Below, piece after piece: positions 9,601-18,113 of a stretch of DNA of 57,327 nucleotides. Within the stretch, counting starts at the first letter, position 1, and every line of letters begins with the position of its first letter. The stretch is from IMG/VR virus record IMGVR_UViG_3300027612_000001, positions 1 through 57,327 of that record; one strand, given 5' to 3'. The notes beneath the pieces were generated by a model. The model saw only the letters and a program-made list of their open reading frames with translations, was not told where the DNA came from and did not search any database. Position numbers and translations under genes: made by a program. This DNA is from a virus. Its lineage: Duplodnaviria; Caudoviricetes.

Positions 9601-12600
9601 CTCTTTGTTCAGGTGGTCCCCGTTACGAACCACGGATGAGTTGGCTGATGTGAGGGCTTCAAACAACTGCGATCCGGTAAAGCCAACAGGTACTCCGTCT
9701 GAGGTTACTGCAAGCTCTGCCTTGAGGTCGGCAACTGTCTTCGGACTGAGCTTCATTTCATCAACAAGTTGTAAGAACAGGCCGTCAATCTGGTCAGGTC
9801 TTCCTGAATCAATAGAGAAGATCTCTTCTCCAAAGTTCATCAGGTTGTTTGTTCTCGCTACCACTGGAGTAACCACTGGAGGATCAACAGCGACGCCTAA
9901 CTGAGACAGGGCTCTGTAAGAGCTTGCTTCCATTTGTGCAAACACTCTAATCGAGTCAGCCGAAAGACCGTTGATACGGGCGTTGCGGACTGCTTCACCA
10001 AAGCGCACTGCGTCAGACGCTATTTCGTTAATCTCAGTGTAGTTCGGAGAGTCTGACGACACGCCTTGCATGATCGAAGCCAGCTTTTCTTCTGGGGTCA
10101 GGGCTTCCTTAGACAGAGCCTTTGGTCTCTGTAGGTGAACTCCATATCCTTTGTCGGACTGTACTGCGAAGGTGGTGTCTCCACTCGCGCCTGCGGCCGA
10201 ACCATCAGATCGAGCTACATAGACGTAATCGTCTAGGTTCTCGAGAGGGCCAGCTCCCGCAAAGTTACGAACAGCTTGCTCCCTAGCTGGCGTTAAGCTA
10301 GATAGCTCTTCTTCGATAAACTCAGGCGCAAGATCCTTAGAAACATGCGGCCAATTAGCTGTCCTTGCTGAAGCAGTAACCTTCTTCGAGTTTGTTCTGT
10401 GCGCAAATACATCGCCGTACTGGGATACTGACGCAGGGATTGCTTCGTCCGAAAGATTGGTTGCTCCTCGAATCACATAAGCAACACGCTGAGCGAACTC
10501 GTCATGAAGCTGTCTGATCTGCACAGGAGATCCGAACTGCATCAAGTTGCTTTCAGCAAGGTTTGTGATCGTTCCATTGCTGATCATTTCAACCGCGAAG
10601 TCAGCAACTTCTTCTTCCAACAAATCCTCTGTCTCAGCCATCCGCTCAAGGAACTTGCGGAACATACGCTTTGTTTCGTCTGGAGAGATCGCGTAGACAA
10701 TTCGACCAACAGCGCCGAATGCTGAGCGGCGCATGCCTGTGTCAGATCCATCAAGACCTGCGGCAATCTTGCGCAGAACTCCACGGATTTCACCGATCTG
10801 GTCTGTGGTTGCTGGCATCGCCATCGCCTGCTCAACAGCTTCGTCTGCCAAGTCTTCTGGAGCCATCCCGGAGATGACCTGAAGATCTAGCTGGCTGATG
10901 AACTGCTGTTCCTCTGGGCGATCAGTAAGACGTAGTGCACGTTGCACTACTTGGCGCATGATGTATTCCTGACGCTTGTTACCGGAAGTAACACTGAACA
11001 ACTGGGCTTTCAGCGCAGGAGAAACGCCTCCGTCTACGCCGTTAGGCGCTTCGATCGTCCCTTGATCTTCGACCTCTTTCTTTATCGCTTTAGATGTAAC
11101 GCTATCCGTTATAGGTTTCGATGGGATAAGGCCAAGTGAATCCATCTTTCCACGGATTGCATTGATGATACGCTTCTGGTCAGCCCCGGTTGTGTTGGAC
11201 AGCGCAAGAGACATGATCTGTTCGCCTGACTCTTGGTCAACAACTTGGTCAAGAAGGCGTTGCATTGTCTCTGACATCTCAGATTCAACTGGGACTTCGT
11301 TGACAGAAGTGTTAGCGCGATCTTTTGCTTCGTTTTGCAGGTCAACCATGCGCTTGACTTCATCAGGCGTAGACTTCGCTTCGTTAGAAATCTGCGCGTC
11401 AGTCATGTCCTTCGGTGAAACCACAATGTCCGGGTCGCCTGCGGCTGACTCATCAAAGAAGACACTGTTTGGATTGCGAGCCAAAGCGATCTCTGTGAGC
11501 TGATCAATTAAGTCAACTTCTGCCTTCATTGCCTCGTAACGCGCCTTGTTTTTCTTGTTGCGAGCCGCGTGCATCAAGCTGAGTGGCGAAGGCTTGGATA
11601 CTCTTGCATCACCTTCTGAGTTGATTCGGAAGCGAGCGCCACCTGTAGCGAACGGCATCTTCTTGTTGAACTTGTCGACTGACTCGCGAGTCACCTGATC
11701 GACAGCAACGCGCAAATCAGAAACAAGCATCGCGAGGTGATCGTAACTAGCCTGATCAATGTCTGCTCGTCCAAAAGACGAAGCGTCTACGCGCATTGTT
11801 TCCATGCCAAGGAGTTCAGCTTCAGCGTTGATCTCGTCAACCTGTGAGCTCATGATGCCGCGTAGCTTATCAATGCCCTTGTCGTCTAGCTGGCGAAGGT
11901 TTTTATCGAACTCGAACAGACGGCTTTGTGCCATCTTGATCTTGTTCATCGCACGCATGCCGTCTTCTGTATTTTCTAAGTAATAACGACGGTTATGGCC
12001 GGTGTTGTCTTTGCCCTTGATTGCTCTGTGCGTCTTAGCCTGAGCCTTGCCGCCGTACATTCCGTAGACATCTCGGCGAATCTTGTCGATGGCTTCAATG
12101 AATGCGGTTCTGTCAATAGAGTTTCCAGTAGAGTAAGCAACTGCGGTATCAATTCGTGCGGCGAGATCGTCCAACCCGATAAGGTCTTCAGCAATCTTGC
12201 CTAGTAAACGGCCATCTGCGTCGTCGACCCTTCCTGCCTTCTTGATGGTTTCGACAATAGATGGGAGCTTGTCGAATCTCCCTACTATTCCCTCTCTTGC
12301 GCCAGTAATGGGATCAACTTCCCTTTCTGGTAGCGCACGCTCGAACAATTTAGCCAAGTCAGGATCGATTGTGATCTGCTTCTCGCCCGGTTTCATTATC
12401 CGGTCGAAGATAGCCTTCGCATACTTAGAGATCTTAGCCCAGTACGACTCATCGCCAACTGCGCCCTTTGCAGTCATCCACATTGAGAACTGATTAGCGA
12501 AGAACTCTTGAGGGTTGGCTAGTTCATTTGGAGCAATACCGGGTAGCTTGACCTGTAAGCGAGCCATGTCGACTCCCTCACTTGTCACATACTTACCAAC

Positions 12601-15600
12601 TACGTCTCTCCAGAATTCCATCTTGTCTTTTGGAGATAATGCGTTCTCGTACAGCCAGTGGCCAAGTTCATGGGCCATCGTCTCAGCAGGCGGAGATGTC
12701 TTTGCGTTAGTAGGGTCGCTGTTCAGTAGAACCTTGTTTGAGTTCCTGCCGCCTACGCGAGCTGGCTTGCCCCTGTAACTTCCGTCTTGGATAAACGCTG
12801 GCTGATATTGGCCACGATCAACAGTCCCTTCTGGAACTGTTCCGAATAGAGGCATGCTTGCTTCACGGCCGAATGTTACGCGGTTAAGCATCTCTTCCAT
12901 GATTCGACGATCTTCCGACCCGTATGACTCGATAGTCTTACGGAGTGTCTGCAAAGATCTGTGAGCCGTCGTGCGAGGTAGCTTGATCCCGTCTGGCGCG
13001 TATCGGGCCAGTATGTCGTGGCCCTCTGCAAGTGCGTTGACTACGCCTTGATAAGACTCAAGGGAGTCAATGTCATTCCAGTTGAGTTCGTAATGCATCT
13101 TGGTCAGCGCTTGCTGAACGTCGTATGCATTCTCCATCTTCATGCCCTGAGACATGAATCGCATCATTGCAAACTTTGCAAAACTGGAGTTCTTGTCCTG
13201 ATCTGTAAGACCTTGCTTCTCCAGCTTTTGGAGAGTGACGAGTTGCGGCCCTTCAAGCGACTTACGAGCTTGAACGCGCTGAAGAGCATCATCAGAGACG
13301 CGATCAGTAACACGAGGACTAGACTCGCCACGGTGATAGATTGGCTGAGTCGGATCCATTGGTATAAATGCGTCTTGTAAATCGACAGACTTAGTTCCGG
13401 CAGGAACCTTACCTACGACGTAGTCACCTTTCTTAGCCGCGCCAAGAACTTGACCAAGAGTCTGGCCTTTCTCATTTGGGTACTTACGGGTTGGCTTAGT
13501 TGCAAATACGCGAACAGACCCACGGAACTTGTTTGAAGGATCCGTGATTTGCACTGCTGTCACAAAGCCTTGACCGGGAGCAAAGTCATCGCTGAATTTC
13601 TCCAAGTCTTCTACAGGTTTTGATGGGCCGCGATTTACTGGAGAGTCTGTAGCCACGGCTTCAGACGTATTCATCTCCTCAACAACTGGAGAAGACTCGT
13701 CCATGTTCTTGTATGTATTGGTGTTGTCTGGATCTAGCGTGAAGTACTCGTCTTCAGGGCTCCCTTTTGATGGAGCGAAGTCGCCTTTATCGCCAGCGGC
13801 CTTGAAGACTCCGCGATGCATGCCGTGGATTCCGTTCCACATAGCTGGGAGCTGTGCGAACTGATAGACATCCTCAAGAGGATCGCCTGCCGCGCCAGAA
13901 ATGCGCTGATAGGTGAACGAACCATCTTCGTTAGTGCGCAGTCGTCCAAGGACTTCGTCGCCAAACATGATGTCTTGTGATCCGTTGCGGCCGGGGCGCA
14001 TTTGAATTGCGTTTGGTACGTCTACTTCGTACCCATCCTTGACGGAGACAACAGGCTGATACTCAACCCCATCTGGCTTAGGCGCAACAGGAGCATCTTT
14101 CTTTAGCTTCTCCGTTGCTTGAGCCAGATCACGGACTTCTTGAGCAAACTCTTCTGATGAGATCTCGCCATTGTTTCTGCGTTCGATAATGTCGTTAAGC
14201 GCGTCTTGATCTATCTTAGTTTGTGTGTTCCGAACAACCTCATTGGCTTTCTGTACTGCCTGATCGCGCTCTGTTGGAGTCACTTCTTCGCCGATAACAT
14301 TTTCAGTCTTAGTCTTCGGCTTTGGCGGAGCTTTCTTTGCGTGCTCGACCAGTGATTCATTGACCAGCATGTCATTCTTCAGCTTGGCTATTAAAGCCTG
14401 AGACTGACGTTTTAAGTCAGGGTCTTTGATCGTGCGCAACTCTTTGTATAGCTGATCGAAAACCTTGCGTGTACGGTCATACTGCGCTTGCTGTAACTCA
14501 TCACGTCTTGCTGTAGTGATGTCGCCAGCGGCGTGCTTGGACTCTGCATTCTTGAGCTGAATAATGCTTGCACGAACTTCGTTGACGTATTCGAGCAATC
14601 GGTTGTTTCTGCGATTCTCGATATCTCGAGCCCTTGCTTCAAGATCAGTCGATGAAACTAGCTCTGTTCTTTGGGTTGTTAAGCGAGACTTGATCTCTTT
14701 TATAAAGTCTTCGTAGTCTGGGTAGTCTGCTCGCTTGACTGGGTCGCGGAGCAACTTGTTGGAGCGGTCAACCAAGTCTTTGAATTTAGCTTGCTCGTTA
14801 TCTTCTCGAGCTTGGATCTTGTTTGCTTCCCTGACCGAAGCCTGAGCTTCGTCTAGCTGACCTTCTGATAAGTCCTGTGGACCAGTGATCGTCCATGTGC
14901 CGTCTGATTCTTGGTCGATAAACAAGTAGTCGACGTAAGACTTATCGTCCTCGATCTTTAAGTAGTTTCTGATACGGCTGTTTGCGTCTTTGATTGCTTG
15001 CCCTAGCTGGCGAGGGTCTTGACGTGGGTCGACCTTTTCACCTGCTTCAACTCGAGAGTCGTATAGCTCAATTAAGATCGCTTCTTTTTCAGAGTCCTTA
15101 ACCATACGGTTAGTCCCTGCGGCGATGTAGGCGTCCTCCATCTCGCGAAGCGAGGTCTCGATTGAAGTCAACCAAGTTTTAGTACCATCACCGTTATCTA
15201 CTTTTGCCGCACGGAATAGACGACTACGGTCGCGCCCAACAATTGATTGCAACTTACCGCTAACAGATCCACCTTGGATCTCTTTACCGAATACGGTGAT
15301 TGTTCCGTCGCCCTTATGGATTGCGCGAAGCATATGCGGAGCGTTGTCGCCGTAGTCTTCTGATACAGAGAAGTCTCTGCCAGCAACATTGCCTTCGATC
15401 CGGCTTAGTACTTCTTCGGCTTCTTTCGAGACGATGCGGTCCACGACTGTATTCACGACGTGTGGAGGGAAGTTTTGGTCGTTTAGACGGAACTTCTCTG
15501 TGCGAGCCATATCGTAGATTCGGCCAGCCTGATCTTCAGGTAGTCGCTTGAGCAGGCTTTCTGCAAATCGAGTCAGCTTGTCGTTCTGAGCACCTTGGCG

Positions 15601-18048
15601 AGCAGGAGGTTGTGGAGAGGAAACTTGCGCCGCAACAGCGTCGTGCATTTCCTGACCGTGACGGAGCTTGATTTGTTCAAGAAGAATCGGAAGCTCAACT
15701 GTATCCAAGTCCTGAATCGTTTTTGCAAACACATCCATTGCTTGCGCATTGACGTTGAGCTCATGTTGTTCCAGCGCTTTCTCGCGGAAGTCAGCAGGTA
15801 CGCGCTCTTCGATCAGAATACGGATGATGTCTGAATGCCCTTGAGATGGCATGCCGACTTCGTCGTACACCTCGATCAAGAACTCGTTTGCAATTCCAGC
15901 CTCGAGACGCTCCTTGAAGTACTCTTGACGCTTCGCCTTGTTCTTCGGATTACGCGCATCGCCAATCTGATTTAGCTCGCGCTGAACAATCTTGGGGTCG
16001 TACCCGTAGTCAGCCAAGTACTTAATTACGTCGTTCTGTGAGCGAACCTCAGTCGCGATCTGATCAATTACCTGACTAGGCGTCATGTCTGCCTCAGCCT
16101 CAAGGACTGGCTCAGATACATCTGGCTCTGGAGAAATCTCTGCCTCGACGTTCTGCTCGCGAAGGTTATCGATTGCTACGGCAGTTTGCCTGTCGTACTT
16201 GTTTCGCTCGCTCGCAGTAAGAACTTCTTGGTTAGCCGCCTCAGTACGGGCAACCTCAACCTCTTTCTCACCGAACTCAACAAGCTCTTCTAGATCTGCA
16301 CGCTTCTTCTGTAATCCTTCGTCTGCTTGCAACTGCTCAGCAGTATTGCGTGCGTCAAAGTCAGCAAGTCTCTGGGTTCTTGCGGCAAGCTCCTCGTCTG
16401 CACGTTGTACGCGAAGCTTAGATCTGGACAACGCTTGCTCTTGCTTCTCTACATTTGCGCGAGCTTCTTTAATTTCTGGATATGCTTCTTCTGCTTGCGC
16501 CAACTCTTCGCGAGCTTGACGCTCTGCGCTAAGGTCTGTGGAGTCGCCAACAACTGTAGCTTGTTCACCAAGTGATTCGTCAGCGCCAGACAAATTGCGA
16601 GAGGTTGGCTTGACCGCTCCTGCGGCAAGCTCTGTGTTCGCCTCTTCGATTGTGTTTCCGGGGCTCATTCTTCCGCCTGGGCGGTTCGCTGTTCCGCCCG
16701 GAAGTTGTCCCATCGCCGCCCCTGAGTTTGGAGCTAAAGAAGCTACATTGTTTTTACCCTCCATTAGAGTTAGTGGCGCATCTACGTCTTCAGGCTTTGG
16801 AAGACCTAGTAGCTCGGAAACTGTGTCAGCTTCTCGGCTCAGCGTTTCAACTTCAGCACCCTTATTGCCGTTAGTCTTCGAGCTTACGACGTTACGGATC
16901 TTGGCAGACATGCTGTTAGTCGCAGTCTCAAGACGTGCGGCATTTGCGTTCAAAGTTGTAGCTTCCGGCAACTTGCCTTCTGCCGACATCTTTTCTGCAT
17001 CAGCACGCAGGCGGTCGATCGTTGCGCGGGCAGAGCGGACCAACTGCACATGGCGTTGCATCTCAATGCCTTCACTGACAGGAGCTTTTGCGTCTACGCC
17101 TGTGATGTCTTCGGGTGCTACCTCTTGGTCTTCGAGCTCGGCCAACCGGCGAGCTTCGACTTCGCCGCCCATGCGATCGTATTCGCCAAGAACAACTGCC
17201 TCGCTGTCGAGATCAAGTTCTGGTACGTCTGAGTCAGCGATATCGATTGCCGCTCGTGAAGCCTCTTCTGATGCTTCTTTAGCGCCGCGAATAGCGCCTG
17301 ATTTTGCGCCCATTCCTGCCGCACCGATGATGCCGGGAGCGGATAGAGTCCCTTGAAGCAAGCCACCTGTAGCGGCGGCGACGCCGGTTTGAAGTAGGCT
17401 TGTCTCGTCGCGCAAGCCAAGCTCTACGTCTCGATTTTGCGTCATGGTGTCGGCTACAGCTTCAACACCAGCACCAATGCCAGCCTCGTAAGCCAAGCCT
17501 TTCTTTACGCCTGCCTTGAAACCGCCGCTGGCGGCTTTCTGAGATCCCTGCTTTGCAAGTAATGCGGCGGAGCGTGATGCGACTGTTGCCGCCTTAGCAC
17601 CGGGAATAAGGTTGGTTACGTCAAGCGCTCCGGCAACTAGGTTTTGCCCAAGGCCAGCAAGTCCGCGTCCGCCTTCTTCATAGAAGTTTGGAAGCGCGTC
17701 ATACACAGCTTGTAGACGAGCAAGACGCACGTTTTGTGCATCACTGTCTGTTTGTGAATTGTAGAGATCTTTGGCGATCGAGACTGTATTGACATTACTC
17801 CATGTACGGTCTTCCATGAAGTGATCGACGAATTCATCAGTGGTGGAGAAGGTTATGCCGTCACGCTGACGATAGTATTCCATGCCGTCGTTGATGAACT
17901 GGGCGTTACTTAGTAAGTCTTGCGCTGACTTTTTACTTAGGTTCGAGGCATAGCCGAGGGAGTTACCTTCGCTTGCGCCTTTTAATTGGTTGAGGTTTTG
18001 CAGATTATCATCTAACCCGCCGATAAGATCGTCGATATCTCGCGCCAT
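6646..18048 (-). CDS. Giant (3800 aa) internal virion/DNA-ejection polyvalent protein
   Basis: Last gene of the virion operon before lysis; zincin motif AHELGH...EFFA; gp16-like C-terminus (FQLKSFP); GGAG RBS. Confidence 0.8.
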   Translation of the reverse strand: MARDIDDLIGGLDDNLQNLNQLKGASEGNSLGYASNLSKKSAQDLLSNAQFINDGMEYYRQRDGITFSTTDEFVDHFMEDRTWSNVNTVSIAKDLYNSQTDSDAQNVRLARLQAVYDALPNFYEEGGRGLAGLGQNLVAGALDVTNLIPGAKAATVASRSAALLAKQGSQKAASGGFKAGVKKGLAYEAGIGAGVEAVADTMTQNRDVELGLRDETSLLQTGVAAATGGLLQGTLSAPGIIGAAGMGAKSGAIRGAKEASEEASRAAIDIADSDVPELDLDSEAVVLGEYDRMGGEVEARRLAELEDQEVAPEDITGVDAKAPVSEGIEMQRHVQLVRSARATIDRLRADAEKMSAEGKLPEATTLNANAARLETATNSMSAKIRNVVSSKTNGNKGAEVETLSREADTVSELLGLPKPEDVDAPLTLMEGKNNVASLAPNSGAAMGQLPGGTANRPGGRMSPGNTIEEANTELAAGAVKPTSRNLSGADESLGEQATVVGDSTDLSAERQAREELAQAEEAYPEIKEARANVEKQEQALSRSKLRVQRADEELAARTQRLADFDARNTAEQLQADEGLQKKRADLEELVEFGEKEVEVARTEAANQEVLTASERNKYDRQTAVAIDNLREQNVEAEISPEPDVSEPVLEAEADMTPSQVIDQIATEVRSQNDVIKYLADYGYDPKIVQRELNQIGDARNPKNKAKRQEYFKERLEAGIANEFLIEVYDEVGMPSQGHSDIIRILIEERVPADFREKALEQHELNVNAQAMDVFAKTIQDLDTVELPILLEQIKLRHGQEMHDAVAAQVSSPQPPARQGAQNDKLTRFAESLLKRLPEDQAGRIYDMARTEKFRLNDQNFPPHVVNTVVDRIVSKEAEEVLSRIEGNVAGRDFSVSEDYGDNAPHMLRAIHKGDGTITVFGKEIQGGSVSGKLQSIVGRDRSRLFRAAKVDNGDGTKTWLTSIETSLREMEDAYIAAGTNRMVKDSEKEAILIELYDSRVEAGEKVDPRQDPRQLGQAIKDANSRIRNYLKIEDDKSYVDYLFIDQESDGTWTITGPQDLSEGQLDEAQASVREANKIQAREDNEQAKFKDLVDRSNKLLRDPVKRADYPDYEDFIKEIKSRLTTQRTELVSSTDLEARARDIENRRNNRLLEYVNEVRASIIQLKNAESKHAAGDITTARRDELQQAQYDRTRKVFDQLYKELRTIKDPDLKRQSQALIAKLKNDMLVNESLVEHAKKAPPKPKTKTENVIGEEVTPTERDQAVQKANEVVRNTQTKIDQDALNDIIERRNNGEISSEEFAQEVRDLAQATEKLKKDAPVAPKPDGVEYQPVVSVKDGYEVDVPNAIQMRPGRNGSQDIMFGDEVLGRLRTNEDGSFTYQRISGAAGDPLEDVYQFAQLPAMWNGIHGMHRGVFKAAGDKGDFAPSKGSPEDEYFTLDPDNTNTYKNMDESSPVVEEMNTSEAVATDSPVNRGPSKPVEDLEKFSDDFAPGQGFVTAVQITDPSNKFRGSVRVFATKPTRKYPNEKGQTLGQVLGAAKKGDYVVGKVPAGTKSVDLQDAFIPMDPTQPIYHRGESSPRVTDRVSDDALQRVQARKSLEGPQLVTLQKLEKQGLTDQDKNSSFAKFAMMRFMSQGMKMENAYDVQQALTKMHYELNWNDIDSLESYQGVVNALAEGHDILARYAPDGIKLPRTTAHRSLQTLRKTIESYGSEDRRIMEEMLNRVTFGREASMPLFGTVPEGTVDRGQYQPAFIQDGSYRGKPARVGGRNSNKVLLNSDPTNAKTSPPAETMAHELGHWLYENALSPKDKMEFWRDVVGKYVTSEGVDMARLQVKLPGIAPNELANPQEFFANQFSMWMTAKGAVGDESYWAKISKYAKAIFDRIMKPGEKQITIDPDLAKLFERALPEREVDPITGAREGIVGRFDKLPSIVETIKKAGRVDDADGRLLGKIAEDLIGLDDLAARIDTAVAYSTGNSIDRTAFIEAIDKIRRDVYGMYGGKAQAKTHRAIKGKDNTGHNRRYYLENTEDGMRAMNKIKMAQSRLFEFDKNLRQLDDKGIDKLRGIMSSQVDEINAEAELLGMETMRVDASSFGRADIDQASYDHLAMLVSDLRVAVDQVTRESVDKFNKKMPFATGGARFRINSEGDARVSKPSPLSLMHAARNKKNKARYEAMKAEVDLIDQLTEIALARNPNSVFFDESAAGDPDIVVSPKDMTDAQISNEAKSTPDEVKRMVDLQNEAKDRANTSVNEVPVESEMSETMQRLLDQVVDQESGEQIMSLALSNTTGADQKRIINAIRGKMDSLGLIPSKPITDSVTSKAIKKEVEDQGTIEAPNGVDGGVSPALKAQLFSVTSGNKRQEYIMRQVVQRALRLTDRPEEQQFISQLDLQVISGMAPEDLADEAVEQAMAMPATTDQIGEIRGVLRKIAAGLDGSDTGMRRSAFGAVGRIVYAISPDETKRMFRKFLERMAETEDLLEEEVADFAVEMISNGTITNLAESNLMQFGSPVQIRQLHDEFAQRVAYVIRGATNLSDEAIPASVSQYGDVFAHRTNSKKVTASARTANWPHVSKDLAPEFIEEELSSLTPAREQAVRNFAGAGPLENLDDYVYVARSDGSAAGASGDTTFAVQSDKGYGVHLQRPKALSKEALTPEEKLASIMQGVSSDSPNYTEINEIASDAVRFGEAVRNARINGLSADSIRVFAQMEASSYRALSQLGVAVDPPVVTPVVARTNNLMNFGEEIFSIDSGRPDQIDGLFLQLVDEMKLSPKTVADLKAELAVTSDGVPVGFTGSQLFEALTSANSSVVRNGDHLNKESAVEALNSALKKAGFDGAVHEDVTIVFSGNSVHHLADGWKKSDARSASKPVSQHSSVGTSIADYMEFTGEPLSRDSAPMVVSQAVAAGAPDEMVRPLRRMVEGRALGVNDIDRVTKSSTFINAFSENSIALRNMGAKWLANIIKPLDGVGIFERHDVDLNRIVHPISAQLRALPDSPGALKRWMQRNSGLIPQATQMEGGIGYTLTSRRARQPESHDRIISALRLGKEAVMNLSPQERRIALDIANAFDKELSRMREAGIQVGDVRQNGSDFYVPQMWDVEAIRENPEGFRKILAQYFVREQSTPGFDGVAKDRKAIDKMSEDIVRRFLDSDGLVDESLMHNAVTNPFYRRMIRLTPDMPEAVELQQFMENDLEGIITKYFDKTVRKRALSDKFGVDGHGFAAYADTANGGAEAAAKILASDKTRMVDTGLRSEEQTFIKPDAYIPALREDPLLIEQIVNEAFDVLKDGGDSSLTKMRAKNIILNAYPPQQRDNKQLLARIDGIINGAADFPDAPPTRQANKNMTEMMRVLNKRPKDGTTGQEWQHTASRSLRTFNSVSLLGATTLTSLPDLVLPIVRSGNFRAFIKSLTSYMGDPEYRRFAKSIGTGIENLVHDRMVQMGGEGNQRFSNSFFNFTGLTTWTNTMREISSMVGYEAFKMEVNRAMRLRAEGNVDSNAYKYAVNFLSRYGLTGENADYDFLALSAKSIDSLKDSDEIAGNALRYGMLRFTNEAVFTPNPNDVPLWAQGPIGQVIFQLKSFPLMMSRMAFSRGGVMDNFNKWVRREGGSPMPALYLATAGAGMGASANYIKDIIQSRGEDDEGNPTSGSRERRITELMKFTESMGLVEKDGPYDEALGHYFEGLLAMGGLGLFAELLYNTAQQADNGMYGTMRIMSSLAGPSFGAGVDAVQTGQGLSDFVFREEGEPTGTAREAFRKIATRVPVLGSSRAFREAAAGIGGEPTSASRGSGASFSSQGSGFSNFGDL

Positions 18049-18113
18049 TATGCTCTCCAGTTACGCATTGGTGACTGGATTCAGCGTATAAAGACGCGAG
18101 TTTTATGTCGTCC

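Noticed and set aside
16538-17356. Long plus-strand ORFs antisense to the giant gene and other late genes
   Set aside because: Ser-rich shadow frames of the coding strand, with no RBS or protein motifs
6646-18048. Giant ORF as an N4-like or crAss-like virion RNA polymerase
   Set aside because: The size fits, but I found no DFDxD/NADFDGD or T7-type Rx3Kx7YG/DD motif set. A structure search is needed to exclude it fully.
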